From a virus (taxonomy: Duplodnaviria; Caudoviricetes), in the IMG/VR virus record IMGVR_UViG_3300020420_000019, positions 1 to 52,972 of that record: a stretch of 52,972 nucleotides of DNA; one strand, written 5' to 3'. Positions 29,986 through 39,285 of this stretch are shown piece after piece. The notes under the pieces are model-generated. The model was not told where the DNA came from and did not search any database. It worked only from the letters and a program-made list of their open reading frames with translations. Within the stretch, counting starts at the first letter, position 1; each line of letters opens with the position of its first letter. Both the position numbers and the translations under genes were made by a program.

Positions 29986-31636
29986 TCAAGATGTGTATCT
30001 TGGTAATCCGAATCTAAAGAAAGCAAATACAAAGGTTGAATTTTCTACAGATCAGATTCAAGAGTTTATTAAGTGTAAACAGGATCCGATATATTTTGCA
30101 AAGAATTATATAAAGATTGTTTCTCTTGATGAAGGTCTTGTGCATTTTAAAATGTGGGATTTTCAAGAAGAACTGATTAGAAATTTCCACGAATCTAGAT
30201 TTAATATATGTAAGATGCCTAGACAGACTGGTAAGTCAACCACATGTGTTGCTTACCTGTTGCATTATATTGTTTTTAATGATAGTGTTAATGTAGGTAT
30301 TCTGGCAAACAAAGCAGCAACTGCTAGGGAATTATTAGGTAGATTACAAACTGCCTATGAAAATTTACCTAAGTGGATGCAGCAAGGTATATTGTCATGG
30401 AATAAAGGATCAATGGAGTTAGAAAATGGATCTAAAATACTGGCAGCATCTACCTCTGCATCTGCAGTTAGAGGTATGTCTTTCAACATTATTTTTCTGG
30501 ATGAGTTTGCCTTTGTTCCTAATCATATTGCTGAGGCATTCTTCAGCTCAGTATATCCTACTATCACTTCTGGTAAATCCACAAAAGTCATAATGGTTTC
30601 TACCCCATGTGGTATGAATCATTTCTATAGGTATTGGCATGATGCACAGAGGGGTAAGAATGAATACACTGCTACTGAGGTACACTGGTCAGAAGTGCCA
30701 GGTAGAGATGAGGCATGGAAAGAACAAACTATAAAGAACACATCAGAACAACAGTTTAAGGTTGAGTTTGAGTGTGAGTTCCTAGGATCTGTTGATACAT
30801 TGATTAGTGTAACTAAACTTAGAAACCTTGTATTTGAAGATCCAATAGTTAACAACCATAAGGGATTATTAGTATACGAACATCCTGTTAAAGGTAATGA
30901 TTATATTATAACTGTAGATACTGCTAGAGGAATAGACCATGACTCCTCAGCATTTATAGTATTTGATATAACGACATATCCATATAAGACTGTAGCAAGA
31001 TATAAGAATGCAGAAATAAAACCTATGCTGTTTCCAAATCTTATAATGGATGTAGCAAAAGCATATAATAATGCATATGTATTGGTAGAGATTAATGATA
31101 TAGGAGAACAGGTTGCAAGTATTATGCAATATGATTTAGAATATGAAAATCTTCTTATGTGTGCTATGAGAGGTAGAAATGGTCAACAAGTAGGATCAGG
31201 ATTCTCTGGTAGTAAAACCCAACTTGGTGTGAGAATGTCTCAGGCAGTTAAGAAATTAGGTTGCTCTAACTTGAAAACTTTGATGGAAGATGATAAAATA
31301 ATAACAAATGATTATGATATCATTGCTGAACTTACCACCTTTGTTCAGAAGAAACAGTCATGGGAAGCAGAAGATGGTTGCCATGATGACCTAGCAATGT
31401 GTCTTGTTATCTTTGCATGGTTAGTTGCACAAGACTATTTCAAAGAGATGACAGATACAGATGTTCGTAAACGCATCTATGAAGAACAGAAGAATCAGAT
31501 TGAGCAAGACATGGCTCCTTTTGGTTTTATACTGGATGGTGTAGATGACGAGGACGAGTTTGTTGATGGTAATGGTGACAGGTGGATGAAAGCAGATGAA
31601 TATGGTGATCGCTCATTCATGTGGGAGTATAAATGA
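29978..31636 (+). CDS. gp17: Terminase large subunit gp17
   Basis: YLGNPNLKKAN, Walker A PRQTGKST, Walker B IFLDEFAF, nuclease HDDLAM. Confidence 0.97.
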   Translation: MADQDVYLGNPNLKKANTKVEFSTDQIQEFIKCKQDPIYFAKNYIKIVSLDEGLVHFKMWDFQEELIRNFHESRFNICKMPRQTGKSTTCVAYLLHYIVFNDSVNVGILANKAATARELLGRLQTAYENLPKWMQQGILSWNKGSMELENGSKILAASTSASAVRGMSFNIIFLDEFAFVPNHIAEAFFSSVYPTITSGKSTKVIMVSTPCGMNHFYRYWHDAQRGKNEYTATEVHWSEVPGRDEAWKEQTIKNTSEQQFKVEFECEFLGSVDTLISVTKLRNLVFEDPIVNNHKGLLVYEHPVKGNDYIITVDTARGIDHDSSAFIVFDITTYPYKTVARYKNAEIKPMLFPNLIMDVAKAYNNAYVLVEINDIGEQVASIMQYDLEYENLLMCAMRGRNGQQVGSGFSGSKTQLGVRMSQAVKKLGCSNLKTLMEDDKIITNDYDIIAELTTFVQKKQSWEAEDGCHDDLAMCLVIFAWLVAQDYFKEMTDTDVRKRIYEEQKNQIEQDMAPFGFILDGVDDEDEFVDGNGDRWMKADEYGDRSFMWEYK

Positions 31637-32055
31637 AGGTTGTTATTGTTAGTGGTGGGTTTGATCCAATCCACAGTGGACACATTGCACATTTTAAAGA
31701 AGCAAAGAAACTAGGAGACATTCTTATAGTAGGTTGTAACTCAGATGAATGGTTAACTAGAAAGAAAGGTAAACCATTTATGCCTATAAATGAGAGAATG
31801 TGTATTATTAAAGAACTAAAAATGGTAGATAGTTGTGTATCATTCAATGATGATAACAATAGTTCTATTGATCTAATTAATAAAACACTTGAGTTATTTG
31901 ATGATGTTTTGTTTGCTAATGGTGGAGATAGGACAAAAGATAATATTCCAGAGATAGATGCATTTGATAAAGACCCTAGGGTTTCATTTGCGTTTGGTGT
32001 TGGAGGTGAAGATAAAAAGAACTCTAGTAGTTGGATTCTATCACAATGGACATAG
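31633..32055 (+). CDS. Cytidylyltransferase-family protein (HxGH)
   Basis: SGGFDPIHSGH, NSDEWLTRKKG, FANGGDR, KKNSSS. Confidence 0.88.
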   Translation: MKVVIVSGGFDPIHSGHIAHFKEAKKLGDILIVGCNSDEWLTRKKGKPFMPINERMCIIKELKMVDSCVSFNDDNNSSIDLINKTLELFDDVLFANGGDRTKDNIPEIDAFDKDPRVSFAFGVGGEDKKNSSSWILSQWT

Positions 32056-32297
32056 AAGATCAGTTTAGTCATAGTGACCTATTATTAACTGAAAGAACAT
32101 GTAGAATATGTAAAGCAACAAAAAACTTGATAGAGGATTTTTATATAACACATAAAAATAGTACACACCTTAGATCATCATATTCATATGAATGTAAGAA
32201 ATGTACTATCGAAAGAATTAGAAAATCTAGGCAAAAAAAGAAAAGAAACAGACCTAGACCTTTACCTCCATACCTAGCAGACTATCCTGACTGGTAG
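32046..32297 (+). CDS. Small Zn-ribbon hypothetical protein
   Basis: CRIC...CKKC, C-terminal YPDW. ATG at 32046 preferred over the track start 32031. Confidence 0.7.
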   Translation: MDIEDQFSHSDLLLTERTCRICKATKNLIEDFYITHKNSTHLRSSYSYECKKCTIERIRKSRQKKKRNRPRPLPPYLADYPDW

Positions 32298-32335
32298 TGT
32301 TCATGCATTGTTTCCCCGATCAAAAGACCACAAAT

Positions 32336-32343
32336 AATAAATA
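32336..32343 (+). promoter_or_regulatory. Late promoter AATAAATA for gp18
   Basis: One mismatch from TATAAATA, intergenic upstream of gp18. Confidence 0.7.
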
Positions 32344-32379
32344 ATGATAGACAAAATTGGAATCTAAGGGGAAGAACAG

Positions 32380-34620
32380 ATGCCACTAAATTTAGCATCT
32401 CCTGGTATTGTTGTAAGGGAAGTTGATCTAACCAATGGTAGAGTTGATGCGACATCAACACTAACAGGTGGATTAGCTGCTCCATTTGCAAAAGGACCTG
32501 TGGAGAGTCCTCAACTCATAGAGACAGAAGCAGATCTACTTGACACTTATGGACAACCTTATCCAAAAGATAGTCATTACGAATACTGGTTAACTGCCTC
32601 ATCCTATCTCGCCTATGGTGGTGTGATGAGAGTTGTTCGTGCTGACGACGAAGAATTAAAGAACGGTTTTATAGGAATCGCTCAAAGCGTAAAGATAAAA
32701 AGTCCAGATGACTATACAAACGCAGGGTATGCAGAGAACACTATTGCAGGTGTTACATATGCTGCTAAGAATCCTGGCTCATGGTCAAATGGTATTAAGG
32801 TATGTACTATTGATGGATTTGGTGATCAGGTACTAACAGGTATCGTCACAACCAATGTATTAGGATATGGTTCTACAACAGTTCCTATTGATCCTATAGA
32901 TCTACAGGTTGGATATGCTGTAACACAGGTAGTTCCTGCCAACACAGTTATAGCAGGTGCAGGTTCAACTAGTGTACTTGATGGATACTTCAAAGGACAG
33001 ATTGTTGAAGTCGGTATGTCAGCAATCACAGTTAAACTAATTTCACATGTATCTGCAGGTGGAACAGAAACTGCAGTTGACTATCAACCAGGCGGTATCT
33101 ACAATTTCTCTGAGACAGGTTATCTTGGTATTCACACAGGAGAAATAAGAAGATACGGTTCATGGAGAAATTTAGCACCTGGCACATACAGTGGTGTAAC
33201 AACATACACTAGTGCAGCAGACTGGTTCGATCAGCAATCAATTACACTATCAAGTGGTGTTAGCATCAAGTGGAATCAAATCGCTGACAAACCTGGCACA
33301 TCTGCTTATGCATCAGTCAGAAATTCTAGATTTGATGAAGTACATGTTGTTGTCTACGATGACAAAGGTACTATAACAGGTAATGCAGGTTCAGTACTAG
33401 AGAAGTTTACAAACCTATCTAAGGCAAAAGACGCACTATTCTCAGCAGGTTCTTCATCATACTGGAGAAAGGTTATTGAGATTGGATCTAATAACATCTT
33501 TGCAGGTGGTGCACCTACAGGAATTACAACAACTGGATTCTCAGAAGACGGTTGGGATGTATTCGGTGATGGTGGTTGGGATCAGGATACTGAGAATATT
33601 ACTTTCAGTTCTATCGGTAACTACAGTGCTGTAATGACAGGTGGTTTAAACTACAATGGAATCGGCACAATCACTGAGCAGAATGCTCTTAAGTTAGACA
33701 TCGGTGCTTTATCTGAAGCATACGACTTCTTAAGAAACACAGACGAGTATGATATAGACTTCTTACTCCTAGGTTCTGCTAACCATGGTAAGAATGAAAC
33801 TCAAGCATTATCAAACAAACTAATTGAGATTGCTGAGTTTAGAAAGGATGCAGTTGCATTCCTATCTCCTTGGAGAGGATCATTCTTAAGTCCATCTGGA
33901 TCAGGTGAGTCACTTCAGTTGAAACCAGACACAGTAACCGACAACATAGTTGCTTACTACTCACCAATCACATCAAGTTCTTATGCGGTTCTTGATAGTG
34001 GTTACAAGTACATGTATGACAGGTTTAACCAACAGTTCAGATATGTTCCTATGAATGGAGATATCGCAGGTACATGTGCAAGAAACGATATTAACCAGTT
34101 CCCTTGGTTCTCACCAGGCGGTACTGCTAGAGGTGCTATATTAAATGCTGTTAAACTAGCATTCACACCTAACAAGGTTCATAGAGATAAGTTATACTCT
34201 AACAGAATCAACCCAATTATCACAGCACCTGGTGCAGGAATAGTTCTATTCGGTGATAAGACTGGACTAGGTAGAGCATCTGCATTCGATCGTATCAATG
34301 TTCGTAGATTGTTTATCTTCATCGAGAAGGCAATCGCTGCTGCTGCTAAGGACATACTCTTTGAATTCAACGATGAGATCACAAGGATCAACTTTATCAA
34401 TATCGTTGAACCATTCTTAAGAGATGTACAGTCCAAGCGTGGTATCCAAGACTTCATCGTCATCTGCGATGAGACAAATAATACTCCTGCTATCATAGAT
34501 AGTAACGAGTTCGTTGCTGATGTTTACATCAAGCCAGCAAGATCAATTAACTTCATCGGTCTAACCTTCGTGGCAACACGAACAGGTGTTTCCTTTGACG
34601 AAGTTATTGGAAAAGTTTAA
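32380..34620 (+). CDS. gp18: Tail sheath protein gp18
   Basis: LASPGIVVREVDLT, FPWFSPGG, SAFDRINVRRLF, IKPARSINFI. Confidence 0.97.
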   Translation: MPLNLASPGIVVREVDLTNGRVDATSTLTGGLAAPFAKGPVESPQLIETEADLLDTYGQPYPKDSHYEYWLTASSYLAYGGVMRVVRADDEELKNGFIGIAQSVKIKSPDDYTNAGYAENTIAGVTYAAKNPGSWSNGIKVCTIDGFGDQVLTGIVTTNVLGYGSTTVPIDPIDLQVGYAVTQVVPANTVIAGAGSTSVLDGYFKGQIVEVGMSAITVKLISHVSAGGTETAVDYQPGGIYNFSETGYLGIHTGEIRRYGSWRNLAPGTYSGVTTYTSAADWFDQQSITLSSGVSIKWNQIADKPGTSAYASVRNSRFDEVHVVVYDDKGTITGNAGSVLEKFTNLSKAKDALFSAGSSSYWRKVIEIGSNNIFAGGAPTGITTTGFSEDGWDVFGDGGWDQDTENITFSSIGNYSAVMTGGLNYNGIGTITEQNALKLDIGALSEAYDFLRNTDEYDIDFLLLGSANHGKNETQALSNKLIEIAEFRKDAVAFLSPWRGSFLSPSGSGESLQLKPDTVTDNIVAYYSPITSSSYAVLDSGYKYMYDRFNQQFRYVPMNGDIAGTCARNDINQFPWFSPGGTARGAILNAVKLAFTPNKVHRDKLYSNRINPIITAPGAGIVLFGDKTGLGRASAFDRINVRRLFIFIEKAIAAAAKDILFEFNDEITRINFINIVEPFLRDVQSKRGIQDFIVICDETNNTPAIIDSNEFVADVYIKPARSINFIGLTFVATRTGVSFDEVIGKV

Positions 34621-34645
34621 TTAATCCACTTTAGGTAAAAGACCA

Positions 34646-35266
34646 ATGGCAATCAATTCCCAAAACCCGCCAAAGACTTCGGATAGAACTATAGATAAGT
34701 TCAAGTCGAGGTTAACGGGTGGTATTGCAAGACCTAATCTGTTTGAGGTTGTTCTTGCTTTCCCAGATGGTGCTGTAGATGCGTCAGTAGCAGACATAGA
34801 TCCTAAATCTAGGTTCCTTGTCAAAGCTGCTGCACTCCCTGCATCTAACATCGCTCCTATAACTGTACCTTTTAGAGGCAGACAGTTAAAAATTGCAGGT
34901 GACAGAACATTCGATGAATGGCAGATTACTGTAATTAACGATACAGACTTCGCAATCAGAGGTTCTTTCGAGAGATGGATGAACTCCATGTCTAAAGTAT
35001 CTGATAACGCAGGTAATATCAACCCAGAAGATTATACTAAAGATGCATATGTGTATCAACTAGGTAGATCACCAGTTGATTCAGCATCACAATCATCAAG
35101 TGAGAATATGCCTATCCTTAGAACATATAAGTTCTATAGTGTATTCCCAACTCAAGTATCTCAAATTGACCTTTCTTACGATTCTTCAGACGCAGTTGAA
35201 GAGTTTACTGTAACCCTACAGGTTCAGTGGTGGGAAGCAGCAGGTCAAGGTGGCGATGTTGCTTGA
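34646..35266 (+). CDS. gp19: Tail tube protein gp19
   Basis: GIARPNLFEV, VPFRGRQLKIAGDRTF, EEFTVTLQVQWW. Confidence 0.96.
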   Translation: MAINSQNPPKTSDRTIDKFKSRLTGGIARPNLFEVVLAFPDGAVDASVADIDPKSRFLVKAAALPASNIAPITVPFRGRQLKIAGDRTFDEWQITVINDTDFAIRGSFERWMNSMSKVSDNAGNINPEDYTKDAYVYQLGRSPVDSASQSSSENMPILRTYKFYSVFPTQVSQIDLSYDSSDAVEEFTVTLQVQWWEAAGQGGDVA

Positions 35267-35270
35267 TCCG

Positions 35271-35284
35271 TGGTATAATAAATA
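35271..35284 (+). promoter_or_regulatory. Late promoter AATAAATA (35277-35284) overlapping an extended -10 TGGTATAAT
   Basis: Sequence tggtataataaata upstream of gp20. Confidence 0.6.
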
Positions 35285-35311
35285 GAAAGGATAAGAATAC
35301 CTCTCTATAAG

Positions 35312-36973
35312 ATGGCACGACTTTTTGGTTTTAGTATTGATGATAAAGACGACCTTCCAAAAGGTGTAGTTTCCCCCATTCCTCAGACAGGTGAGGATGG
35401 GGTTGACTATTATATACAGTCTGGTTTTTCTTCCCAAGTAATTGACTTAGAAGGAATATATAAAAATGAGCATCAAGCTATAAGAAAATACAGAGAAATG
35501 GCATTGCATCCAGAAGTGGATAGTGCTGTAGAAGATATTGTTAATGAAGCTATTGTATCAGATACAAATGATTCTCCTGTAGAGATTGATCTGGATAATC
35601 TAAATGCATCTGATGGTATTAAAGATAAAATTAGAGATGAGTTTAAACATATAAAAGATCTATTAGATTTTGATACTAAAGCACATGAGATCTTTAGAAA
35701 CTGGTATGTTGATGGTAGAGTATATTACAATAAAGTAATTGATATCAAAAAACCTCAAGATGGTATACAAGAACTGAGGTATATTGATCCAATGAAAATG
35801 CGTTATGTACGCAAAGAACAAAAGAAAGATGATCAAAGTGCACAGTTATTCAATACAAGTAATGTACACGAGTCTGAGAAAGTATATTTTCCAAAGATAG
35901 AAGAGTATTTCATGTATACTCCAGAACCACGCTATCCTACTAACATGGCAATGGGTGGTGCGGGTACTGCAATGAAAGGAATTAAACTTGCAAAAGATTC
36001 TATTACATATTGCACATCAGGTTTAGTAGATAGAAATAAAGGAACTGTATTATCATACTTACAAAAAGCAATTAAATCACTTAATCAACTTAGAATGATT
36101 GAGGATAGTCTTGTTATCTACAGATTATCAAGAGCACCTGAGAGAAGAATATTTTATATTGATGTTGGTAATCTTCCTAAGATAAAAGCAGAACAATATT
36201 TGCGTGATGTCATGTCTCGTTATAGAAATAAACTAGTCTATGACTCAGCATCAGGTGAAGTAAGAGATGATAAAAAATATATGTCTATGTTAGAAGACTT
36301 CTGGTTACCTCGTAGAGAAGGTGGTAGAGGAACTGAAATTACTACATTACCTGGTGGACAAAACTTAGGTGAGTTAGCAGATATAGAATACTTCCAATCT
36401 AAATTATACAGATCATTAGGAGTTCCTGAGTCAAGAATTGCAGGGTCTGGTGATGGATTTAATTTAGGTAGATCATCTGAGATACTAAGAGATGAACTTA
36501 AGTTTAGTAAGTTTGTTGGTAGATTGCGTAAGCGTTTTGGTAAGATCTTTTTAGATATACTAAGATCACAATTACTTCTTAAGAACATTGTGACACCCGA
36601 AGACTGGGAGATCATGTCAGAGCACATCCAGTTTGACTTTATATACGACAATCATTTTGCAGAATTAAAAGATAAAGAATTAATGGAAGGTCGTTTAGGT
36701 TTACTTGGTATGGTAGAACCTTATGTTGGTAGATATTATTCTACAGAATATATTAGAAGAAATGTATTGCGACAAAAAGACGCAGAAATTGTAGAGATAG
36801 ATGAGCAAATTGAAGAAGAAATTGCTAACGGTGTTATACCAGATCCAAACCAACAAATGTTAGAATTTGAACAGGGTGCTATGGGAGATCCAATGGCAGA
36901 AATGGGTGAGGAAGAAGCAGCACCTGCACCGCAACCGCAAAATATGCCTAAGCCCAACGAGGGAGAGATATAA
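35312..36973 (+). CDS. gp20: Portal protein gp20
   Basis: YRLSRAPERRIFYIDVGNLPK, EDFWLPRREGGRGTEITTLPGGQNLG. Confidence 0.98.
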   Translation: MARLFGFSIDDKDDLPKGVVSPIPQTGEDGVDYYIQSGFSSQVIDLEGIYKNEHQAIRKYREMALHPEVDSAVEDIVNEAIVSDTNDSPVEIDLDNLNASDGIKDKIRDEFKHIKDLLDFDTKAHEIFRNWYVDGRVYYNKVIDIKKPQDGIQELRYIDPMKMRYVRKEQKKDDQSAQLFNTSNVHESEKVYFPKIEEYFMYTPEPRYPTNMAMGGAGTAMKGIKLAKDSITYCTSGLVDRNKGTVLSYLQKAIKSLNQLRMIEDSLVIYRLSRAPERRIFYIDVGNLPKIKAEQYLRDVMSRYRNKLVYDSASGEVRDDKKYMSMLEDFWLPRREGGRGTEITTLPGGQNLGELADIEYFQSKLYRSLGVPESRIAGSGDGFNLGRSSEILRDELKFSKFVGRLRKRFGKIFLDILRSQLLLKNIVTPEDWEIMSEHIQFDFIYDNHFAELKDKELMEGRLGLLGMVEPYVGRYYSTEYIRRNVLRQKDAEIVEIDEQIEEEIANGVIPDPNQQMLEFEQGAMGDPMAEMGEEEAAPAPQPQNMPKPNEGEI

Positions 36974-36976
36974 ATA
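36969..36976 (+). promoter_or_regulatory. Late promoter TATAAATA
   Basis: Exact consensus over the gp20 stop. Confidence 0.8.
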
Positions 36977-37000
36977 ACTTTATCAGTATAACATATTATT

Positions 37001-37222
37001 ATGGAAGAACTCGTCAACATGATAGCAACAGATGCGTCTGCTGCAGACATTAGCGACCAGATCAAAGATATTCTCTATGCAAAATCTGCTGAGAGAATAG
37101 ATGGTTTGCGACCATATGCTTCTAATGACCTTTTTGGTACATTAGATCAGGAAGCAGAAGCAGAAACAGAAGTGGAAACTGATGTAGAAGCAGAAACAGA
37201 AGAGGAAGAAACTGATGTCTAG
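37001..37222 (+). CDS. Acidic prohead core protein (gp67-like by position)
   Basis: Small, Glu-rich C-terminus, between gp20 and gp21. Confidence 0.65.
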   Translation: MEELVNMIATDASAADISDQIKDILYAKSAERIDGLRPYASNDLFGTLDQEAEAETEVETDVEAETEEEETDV

Positions 37223-37478
37223 ACTTTTACCTCTAGGACAAAAAGCAGCTCTGGCAGCAGGTAGTGGTAATGCTACTACTGTTAGCAATGCTACTGTAGT
37301 AAGAGTATTATCTAATGCGGGTGCTGCAGTGGTTGTTAGAACTGACTCTGATGATAATATTATCGGATCATTTACCACAGTAAATGGTACAGCAGATCTA
37401 GTTGAAAAGAATGCATCAGATAAGATATATGTAACAGGTAATGCTGTCGAAGTATCTAAAGTAGGATTTACTAATTAA
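37215..37478 (+). CDS. Small beta-rich putative head protein
   Basis: Ala/Gly/Val/Thr-rich ORF in the head operon, overlapping the upstream stop. Confidence 0.65.
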   Translation: MSRLLPLGQKAALAAGSGNATTVSNATVVRVLSNAGAAVVVRTDSDDNIIGSFTTVNGTADLVEKNASDKIYVTGNAVEVSKVGFTN

Positions 37479-37482
37479 AGCA

Positions 37483-38133
37483 ATGAAGTTAATCACAGAA
37501 CAGATTGATGATGTAGAAGTTATCGTTGAAAATCGCAACGGTAAAAAAGCTATGTTTATCGAAGGTATATTTTTACAAGGAGATATACAGAACCGCAATG
37601 GTCGCATGTATCCAATGGACACTCTACGCAGAGAAGTTACAAGATACAATGAATCGTTTGTGCAATCTGGTCGTGCGGTTGGTGAACTAGGTCACCCCGA
37701 AGGTCCTACAGTAAACCTCGATCGTGTCTCGCATAAAATAGTTTCACTTACAGAAAGTGGATCTAACTATGTTGGTAAAGCAAAAATCTTATCTACACCT
37801 ATGGGTAAGATAGCACAAAATCTAATAGACGAAGGTGTCAAACTAGGAGTCTCATCTCGTGGTCTTGGTACTCTCGCAGTCAACAACGAAGGAGTTAAAA
37901 TTGTTTCTGACGACTTTACTCTTGCTACTGCTGCTGATATCGTTGCTGACCCTTCTGCACCTGATGCTTTCGTAGCAGGTATTATGGAAGGAAAAGACTG
38001 GGTTTGGGATGGCGGTGTTGTCAGAGAACAACTCGCAAAAAGAACCTATAAGCAAGTTAATACTCTTGTTGACAATCAACAACTTGAAGAGAACAAGTTA
38101 AAACTCTTTAACCAGTTCTTATCAAATCTATAA
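37483..38133 (+). CDS. gp21: Prohead protease gp21
   Basis: MKLITE, NRNGRMYP, GELGHP, LGVSSRGLG, DIVADPSAPDAFV. Confidence 0.97.
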   Translation: MKLITEQIDDVEVIVENRNGKKAMFIEGIFLQGDIQNRNGRMYPMDTLRREVTRYNESFVQSGRAVGELGHPEGPTVNLDRVSHKIVSLTESGSNYVGKAKILSTPMGKIAQNLIDEGVKLGVSSRGLGTLAVNNEGVKIVSDDFTLATAADIVADPSAPDAFVAGIMEGKDWVWDGGVVREQLAKRTYKQVNTLVDNQQLEENKLKLFNQFLSNL

Positions 38134-38138
38134 AATCT

Positions 38139-38146
38139 TATAAATA
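38139..38146 (+). promoter_or_regulatory. Late promoter TATAAATA
   Basis: Exact consensus upstream of gp22. Confidence 0.8.
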
Positions 38147-38186
38147 ATCACAGATTAACCTAATCTCATTCGGAGAACATCGGAAA

Positions 38187-39257
38187 ATGGCCGCTAAAGA
38201 ATTAAACGAAATGGACAATCCTGTAACAAGGGGTGCGAAAGCTGGCGATCCTATGAAGAAGGTTGACGACTCCACATCACCTGGAGCATCAGCATCTTAT
38301 GAGGATCTCGGAGGACCTACACCTCAGAACTACAAGTCCACAGACAACTCTGCTGCACTAAAACCTGCAACAGTTAAAACGGTAAAAGATATCGTTAACA
38401 AAGGTGCAAAACCTGCACAATCTATGGAGACTATAGGAACTGAAGTCCTTAAGCAAGGCGACGAACCTGCTGTTGAAGCAGACCAAGAAGTAGTTGCTGA
38501 AACAGAAGAAGCACCTGCAGTTAATGTAGATGACGATCTTGCTGCACTATTTGGTGGAGAAGAACTTTCTGAAGAATTCCAAGAAAAGGCAAAAACAATT
38601 TTTGAAGCTGCTGTTAACTCAAAAGTTAACGAGATTCAAGAAGCGATGACCGAGGAGTACGAGAAAACTTTGACAGAACATCTTGAAGGTGTTAAGTCTG
38701 AGTTAATCGAGCGTACAGACGCATACTTGGAGTATGTCTCTGACGAATGGTTAAAAGAAAATGCAATCGAAGTCGAGCATGGTCTTAAGACCGAAATGAC
38801 TGAATCATTCCTTCAAGGTATGAAGGGACTTTTTGAAGATCATTATGTATCAATTCCTGACGACAAATATGATGTGCTAGAAAGCATGGTAAATAAACTT
38901 GATGATATGGAAGGCAAGCTCAATGAGCAGATAGAGAAGAACATCTCTCTCAACCAGAGACTCGGAGAATCTACAGCAGATGGTATTTTTAGTGAAGTAT
39001 CCGAAGGACTGGCAGAGACACAAAAAGAGAAGTTACATTCTTTAGCTGAAGGAATAGAGTTTGAGGGTGAAGCCGCTTACCGTGAAAAGATTGTTACTCT
39101 TAGGGAGTCTTACTTCCCAAGCAATAGCAAATCTAAGGTTTCAAGCAATAAATCCGAAACCATTTCGGAAGGTATAGCACACGAAGATCCTAGCATGGAC
39201 AATTCAGCGTCTATGAATCAGTATCTTTCTGCCCTATCAATGGGTGGTAAAAAATAG
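38187..39257 (+). CDS. gp22: Prohead core scaffold gp22
   Basis: LSEEFQEKAKTIFEAAV, YLEYVSDEW, LRESYF; acidic coiled coil between gp21 and gp23. Confidence 0.93.
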   Translation: MAAKELNEMDNPVTRGAKAGDPMKKVDDSTSPGASASYEDLGGPTPQNYKSTDNSAALKPATVKTVKDIVNKGAKPAQSMETIGTEVLKQGDEPAVEADQEVVAETEEAPAVNVDDDLAALFGGEELSEEFQEKAKTIFEAAVNSKVNEIQEAMTEEYEKTLTEHLEGVKSELIERTDAYLEYVSDEWLKENAIEVEHGLKTEMTESFLQGMKGLFEDHYVSIPDDKYDVLESMVNKLDDMEGKLNEQIEKNISLNQRLGESTADGIFSEVSEGLAETQKEKLHSLAEGIEFEGEAAYREKIVTLRESYFPSNSKSKVSSNKSETISEGIAHEDPSMDNSASMNQYLSALSMGGKK

Positions 39258-39285
39258 TCAACCACAAATTTAATTTCTAAGTACA

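Noticed and set aside
29978-31636. Intron or intein in terminase (also considered for gp20, gp23, uvsW, gp46)
   Set aside because: The ORFs are continuous, of ordinary length, and lack intein motifs.
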